Of a stretch of 64,000 bases of DNA, positions 57,632 to 64,000 are shown piece after piece; the stretch's first letter is position 1, and each line of letters opens with the position of its first letter. Both the position numbers and the translations under genes were made by a program. Below the pieces are notes generated by a model. The model was not told the origin of the DNA. It ran no database searches and saw nothing but the letters and a program-made list of their open reading frames with translations. Source of the DNA: the human T2T-CHM13v2.0 reference genome, Homo sapiens; NCBI RefSeq assembly GCF_009914755.1, contig NC_060947.1. One strand, written 5' to 3'.

Positions 57632-60630
57632 TTTTCTCCTTTAACTTTTATTTGAAGTTCAGGAGTAATATGTAGGTTTGTTACATAGTGTTATATAGGT
57701 AAACGTTTCATGGGGGTTTGTCATACAGATTATTTCCTCACCCACCCATTAAGCCTAGTATCCATTAGTTATTTTTTCTGGTCGTCTCCATCATCCCAAC
57801 CTCCACCCTCTGATAGGCCACTCTATTGCTCTGCTCTATGTGTCTACGTGCTCTCATTATTTTGTTCCCACTTATAAGTGAGAACATGCAGTATTTGGTT
57901 TTGTGTTCCGGCATTAGTTTGCTAAGGATAATGGCCTCCAGCTCCATCCATGTTCCTTCAAAGGATATAATTTTGCTAGTTTTTAGGGCTGCATAGTATT
58001 CTGTGGTGTATATGCACCACATTTTCTTTATTTAATCTCTCATTGATGGACATTTTGGTGGATTTCTTCCTGGTTCAGTCTTGGGAGTGTATATGTGTCC
58101 AGGAATTTATTCATTTCTTCTAGATTTTCTGGTTTATGTGCATAGAGGTGTTCATAATATCCTCTGATGGATATTTGTATTTCTGTGGGTTCAGTAGTAA
58201 TATCCCCCTTGTTGTTTCTGATTGTGATTATTTGGATCTTCTCTACTTTTTTCTTTCTTAGTCTAGCTATCAATCTATCTATTTTATTAATTGTTTCCAA
58301 AAAGCAGTTCCTAGATTCATTGATCTTTTCGATGGTTTTTTTGTGTGTATGTCTCAATGCCCGTATTAGTCAGTTTCTCTACAGGGACAGAACTAATAGG
58401 ATAGATATATATGTATAAAAAGGTATTATTAAGTATTAACTTACACAATCACAAGGTCCGACAATAGGTTGTTTGCAAGCTGAGGAGCAAAAAGAGCCAG
58501 CCCGAGTCCCAAAACTGAAGAACTTGGAGCCTGATGTTCTAGGGCAAGAAGCATCCAGCACTTGAGAAAGATGTAGGCTGGGAGGCTAGGCCCGCCTCTC
58601 CTTTTCAGGTTTTTCTGACTGCTTTATATTTGCTGGCAGCTGATTAGATTGTACCCACCAGATTAAGGGTGGATCTGCCTTCCCCAGCCCACTGACTCAA
58701 ATGCTAAATCTCTTTTGGCAACACCCTCACAGACACACCCAGGATCAATACTTTATATCCTTCAATCCAATCAAGTTGTTACTCACTATTAACCATCACA
58801 GTTCCCTTCAGTTCAGATCTGATTTTCTTTATTTCTTGTCCTCTGCTAGCTTTATAGTTGGTTTGTTCTTAGTTCTCTAGTTCCTCTGGCTGTGATTTTA
58901 GGGTGTCAAATTGAGATCTTTCTAAGTTTTATGTGGGCATTTAGTGCTATAATTTTCCTTCCTAACATGTCTTAGCTGTGTCCCAGAGATTCTGGTATGT
59001 TGTATCTTTATTCTCATTAGTTTCAAATAACTTCTTAATTTCTGCCTTAATTTTATTATTTACACAAAAGTCATTCTGCAGCACACTATTCAACTTCAAT
59101 ATAACTGTGTGGTTTTGAGTGAATTTCTTAGTCTTTATTTGTAATTTGATTGTGCTGTGGTCTGGGATACTGTTTGTTATTATCTCAGTTCCTTTGCATT
59201 TACTGAGGAGTATTTTATTTCTGATTATGTAATCAATTTTAGAGTGTGTACCATGTGGCAATGAGAAGAACGTATATCCTGTTGTTTTGGGGTGGAGAAT
59301 TTTGTTGATGTCTGCCAGATCCATGTGATCCAGTGCTGAGTTGAGATCCTGAATATCTTAATTAATATTCTGTCTCAGTGATCTGTCTGATGTTGTTGGT
59401 GAGGAGTTTAACGCTCCCACTATTATTGTGTGGGAGTCTAAGTTTCTTTGAAGATCCCCAAGAACTTGATTTATAAATCTGGGTGCTCCTCTGTTGGGTA
59501 CATGTATATTTAGAACAGGTTGGTCTTGTTGAATTGAACCCTTTACCATAATGTAATGCCTTTTTTGTCCTTTTTGATCTTTGCTCAGTTAAAGTCTGTT
59601 TTGTCTGGAAATAGGCTTGTGACCCTCGCTATTTTCTGTTTTCCATTTGCTTGGTAGATTTTTGTCCATCCCTTTAATTTGAGCCTATGTGTGTCATTGC
59701 ATGTGAGATGGGTCTCTCGAAGAAAGCATGCCAATGTGTCTTGGTTCTTTATCCAGCTTGCCACTCTGTGTCTTTTAATTGTGACGTTTAGCTCATTTAC
59801 ATTTAAGGTTAGTATTAACATGTGTGGATTTGATTCTGTCATCTGTTAGCTGGTTATTTTGCAGGCTTCTTTATGTGGTTGCTTTTTATTGTCACTGGTC
59901 TGTGTACTTCAGCGTGTTTTTGCAGTGGCTAGTAATGGCCTTTCTTTCCATATTTAGTGCTTCCTTTAGGTGCTCTTGTAAGGTATGTCTGGTGGTAATG
60001 AATTTCTTTAGCATTTGCTGGTCTGAAAAAAATCCTACTTCTCCTTCACTTATTAAGCTTAGTTTGGCCAAATATGAAATTCTGGGTTGGAATTTTTTTA
60101 GGAATATTGAATATTGGTCCCCAGTCTCTTCTGGCTTGTAAGGTTTATGCGCAGAAGTTTGCTGTTAGTCTAATGGCTTCCCTTTGTAGGTGACCTGCCT
60201 TTCTCTCTAGCTGCCTTTAACATTTATTCTTTCAGTTCAGCCTTGGAAAATCTGACGATGATGTGTCTTGAGGATGACATTCTTGTGAAGTATCTTACTG
60301 GGGTTCTCTGCATTTCCCGAGTTTAAATGTTGGCCTCTCTATCTAGGTTGGGAATGTTCTCATGAATGACATCCTAAAATATCCTTTCCAAGTTGGTTCC
60401 ATTCTCCCTATCTCTTTCAGGGACACTAATGAGTCACAGATTTGTTATCTTTACATAATCCCATATTTCTCAGAGGTTTTGCTCATTCCTTTTTATTTTT
60501 TTTCTCTATTCTTGTCTGAGTGTCTTATTTCAGAAAGCCAGTATTCATTGTCTGAGGTTCTTTCCTTCAGTTGGTCTACTCTGCTATTTATACTCGTGAT
60601 TGCATTATGAAGCTTTTGTAGTGTGCTTTT
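57632..60630 (-). mobile_element. L1PA13-16-like element, internally deleted, 5'-truncated in ORF1, interrupted by MLT2A1
   Basis: 3' UTR at ~57640; ORF2 EN peptides MTESNPHMLILTLNVN...ETHLTCNDTHRLK; deletion junction ~58063. Confidence 0.88.
58362..58800 (-). mobile_element. MLT2A1 (HERV-L) solo LTR
   Basis: gtattagtcag...gggacagaactaataggatag...ttcaatccaatcaagttg...tattaaccatcaca. Confidence 0.9.
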
Positions 60631-60649
60631 GAGCACACTACAAAAACAT

Positions 60650-61135
60650 TTGTTAAAATTTATTAACCTACATTGATACTATTACAATCACAAAAGTCCA
60701 TAGTTTACATTAGGGTTCACTCTTAGTGTTGCACATTCTATGGACTTAGACATATGTATGAAATGTCTCCACAGTTATAAAATCATACAGGGGAGTTTCA
60801 CTGCCCTAGACATTATCTATGCACTGCCTATTTATTTCTTCCTCCCTCTAACCCCTGGCAACTACTGATATTTATTACTGTTTACATAGTTTTTTCTTTT
60901 ACAAAATGATATAGAATCAGAATTGTAAAATAAATATATCCTTTTCAGATTGGCTTCTTTCATTTAGCAATATACATTTAAGGTTCCTCCAGATCTTTAG
61001 ACGGCTTGACAGTTCACTTCCTTTTAGCACTTAATAATAATTCATTGTTGGAGTGTGCCAGAGTTTATTTATCCATTAACCCACAGAAGGATATCTTGGT
61101 TGCTTGAAAGATTTTGGCAATTATAAATAAAACTG
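60650..61135 (-). mobile_element. L1MC 3' end
   Basis: aagtccatagtttacattagggttcactctt...ggagtttcactgcccta. Confidence 0.75.
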
Positions 61136-61964
61136 CTTGACAGAACAGACCATGTCTATTGTCAGTACTGAGTTGGAGGTCACTGCAGCACTCTCACCAG
61201 GGTGTATGGGAGATAATAAGGAAACCCTGGGAACTCATCATCATGTTGTTCCCCAAGTCCTAAAGTCCCTATGAAGTCTGGCATCTTCTTTTCACTTCTC
61301 AGAGTCTTCCTATGCTTATTTGTTGTGTTATATGTAAACTTTTTTAGTTATAGAATAGTAAGGCTATTCTATCTTTGTAGAATCAAAAGTAGTCCCTCAG
61401 AGTCTAATTTTATGCATATAAATAATATATTTTGCCTAAATTGGCTCAATCTTAAACTTATTTATTTAAATAAGAATTAGAAAATTCTTTAAAAAATTTT
61501 AGAAGAATATTTAAACAAAACATAAAGTCATAGTTGGTTTGCATGTTTGTTTGATTTTTTATTTGTAAAATAAGAAACTAGAACTGGTTGTCCTCTAATA
61601 TCTTTCTATCTCTGGCAATCTAGGATCCTAAATACAGTCTAGAAATAGAATAAATGATGGTTCCAACCCACTTAGTATAAAACTTCAGTCTTCATCATTG
61701 TAATAAATCTTCAGAGATGTATCTTGACCTTTTAACTTCAGGATCTAATATTTTCTATTTGACAGATAATTCATTCAGCCTATACAAGAGGTTAATTTTG
61801 TTTCTCCATGCAAATCTCTGGACTCAGTACAAATAGAATGTTTGTGGTTGACTAATTGCAGTGTCAATATCATAATTATTAAAAGAATGTATGAAAATAG
61901 AAAACATATGTTCACATCAAAGCTTCAAGTTTGTGTGGTCTTTCAAACAGTAGGGATCATCTTG

Positions 61965-62135
61965 GTTAAGGCAGCATGAGCTCTGGTGTACACAGACCTC
62001 CAGCTATGTTCACATTAGAGTGAATCCCAACTTCCTCACTTCTTACCTGTGTGAATTGGAAAAGTCACTTAACCTCAGATACTTCATCTCTAAAATAAGA
62101 ACACTTATCTATCTCGTGAATTTGTTACAAGGATT
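61965..62135 (+). mobile_element. MIR
   Basis: gaatcccaacttcctcact...tgtgtga...aagtcacttaacctc...catctctaaaataaga. Confidence 0.7.
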
Positions 62136-64000
62136 GCACAAAAATAATGTCTGGAAAAAATAAGCCCTCAATAATAACAGCTAATGATAAAATCTTCATC
62201 ATGAAAATACATATCATCAAAATCATCATCTCTATGCTTAATCTATATAGTAGAAAATGGTGACTGTTGTTAAAATTAAATAAGCTAAATGGGTATAAAA
62301 TGCTTAGATTCATGCTTAGCATATATTTTACACTCAATAAATATTCAAACTTATTGCTTATATCTATAAATTTATTACAGTTTCTTACCAACTAATACTG
62401 GAATATCAAGTCAGTACAGTGAAGACTGAAAAAACCTTGATTTGTAACTGAACTGACTAGCTGTTTGCACATCAGGCAGTCATGCTCTCACTTTGTCAGC
62501 TATGTAAATACTTTAAATGGCCTAAATTACTCTAGCGAATTCAAGCATCTGCTTTAAAATGGAAAACACTTAAAACAATCATAAGGCCTGATTTTCCTAA
62601 GTTTCCTAATCATTTTTAAGTACCTAAGATGTGGAGGCCTTGATTTGAATTTGCCAATTTCTGTAAGCTTGCAGAGTTGAGTCTTAGTCATAGGCCTTTC
62701 CATCAACCACAACCTCAATGCGTTGTGGAAGATGTAAAATTTTCATCTAGTTTTATAATATAATAGTAAAGTCCCAAACTTTTCTGAGAATATCTAAATG
62801 AAGCCTCAAAATTACTCCAAGCCATGTCTTCTTGTGAAAGCAATACACAACCAACTGCATTTAAAACAAAATGATCATATTCAAAAATGATGTCAAAAGT
62901 ACATTCAGACAGTGTAAAGTTATGGTACAATCTTTAAAAATATAATCTGCAGTTTTTGCAAGCACCATGAAATATCTTTTATTAAGTGAAATTTTACTGA
63001 CCACATTGCTTTTCTGCCACTCTGCTCTGGGCACACACACCTTCTGAAAACCAAATTTATTTAGAATTGGCTTATGTATAACAGGAAATGATTATCTTTG
63101 CTCACTAATAGAGAAATAGTTAAGCAATTGATCCGTTCATGGAATTATGATAAAATAATTAAAAATATTATCTTGGAGACTTTAGCAGCATGAAAAAATA
63201 ATTGTGTTGCAATGTTCGATGATAAAAACACTATGCAAAGATGTATCTGGGAAATGTTTTAACAATGTAAAATATGCACACATATTGTCAACAGCAGTAA
63301 GGGACACGGAAAAAATGGAAACAACTGATGGGGTAATGGGAATGTAGATACACTTATTCCCATTGATTCTCATTAACAGTTGCTGGGACAATGAAATAAT
63401 GAAGTGGAACCCAATCCTGCAAGGAATTTGAATTTATCAGCTTTTTATTTTTCTAATCACATTTCTGCGTCCTATCTCTAAAGCTTCATTGCCACTGCTG
63501 GGCTTTAGAGATGCTGAATAAGCTTGAAAGACCTGGCTCCTTTGTCCGTCCCCTAGCCAAACTCTCCACACGTTGTGGCTGCACGCTGACGCATGGTTTC
63601 GATTCCCTTCTACAGACCACTGGTTAACGTCTACACAGCTTCACTCACCAGGCATAAGATAACTTCATCCGTATTGGAGCATTCTGGACCATTCCAGAAC
63701 ATTATTTCTTTGCCTCTTAGTATCTCTGCACACATCTCAGCCCTACTTTAATCCCCTGAAAAATGGAGTAATACAGTCTCCATGCTAAGGTATCCATTTC
63801 CCTCAGCTTTTTCTCTCCCCAAAGTCTGGTCTGCAAAAAACCTAACCTCTGCTCAGCCATTCATTCACAATCCCTTTGCCCTTCAAAAATTCCCAGGCCT
63901 CTGTTTCCTGTGACTCCCTTCACATCTCCTTGTAAGTTCCTATGCCTCTGGAATAAATTCTAAGACAAGTTTTGCCAACGATGTGATACAACTTGCATAG

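Overview
Gene-poor, repeat-rich anthropoid (human or ape-like) nuclear DNA. I see no CpG island and no protein-coding exon I can support; the listed ORFs are mostly Alu, L1, MaLR or NUMT derived. The main feature is a ~5.9-kb ancient NUMT (~6557-12500) running colinearly from the mitochondrial control region through tRNA-Phe, 12S, tRNA-Val, 16S, tRNA-Leu, ND1, tRNA-Ile/Gln/Met into ND2. It was later hit by a MADE1 MITE, an AluS and a THE1B LTR. Inside it are an open humanin-like smORF that reads into the Alu, a truncated MOTS-c-like frame and a 101-bp hairpin (MADE1 plus an inverted copy of its flank). Elsewhere there are several atypical retrotransposition or repair products: a likely L1 3' transduction, a twin-primed L1, a tail-less L1 patch replacing a deletion, a 3'-truncated Alu, a mosaic AluY, a THE1 provirus with discordant LTRs and a fold-back at an L1 breakpoint. 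I find no convincing new biological system. Repeat subfamily names come from recalled consensus sequences and need RepeatMasker/Dfam confirmation.
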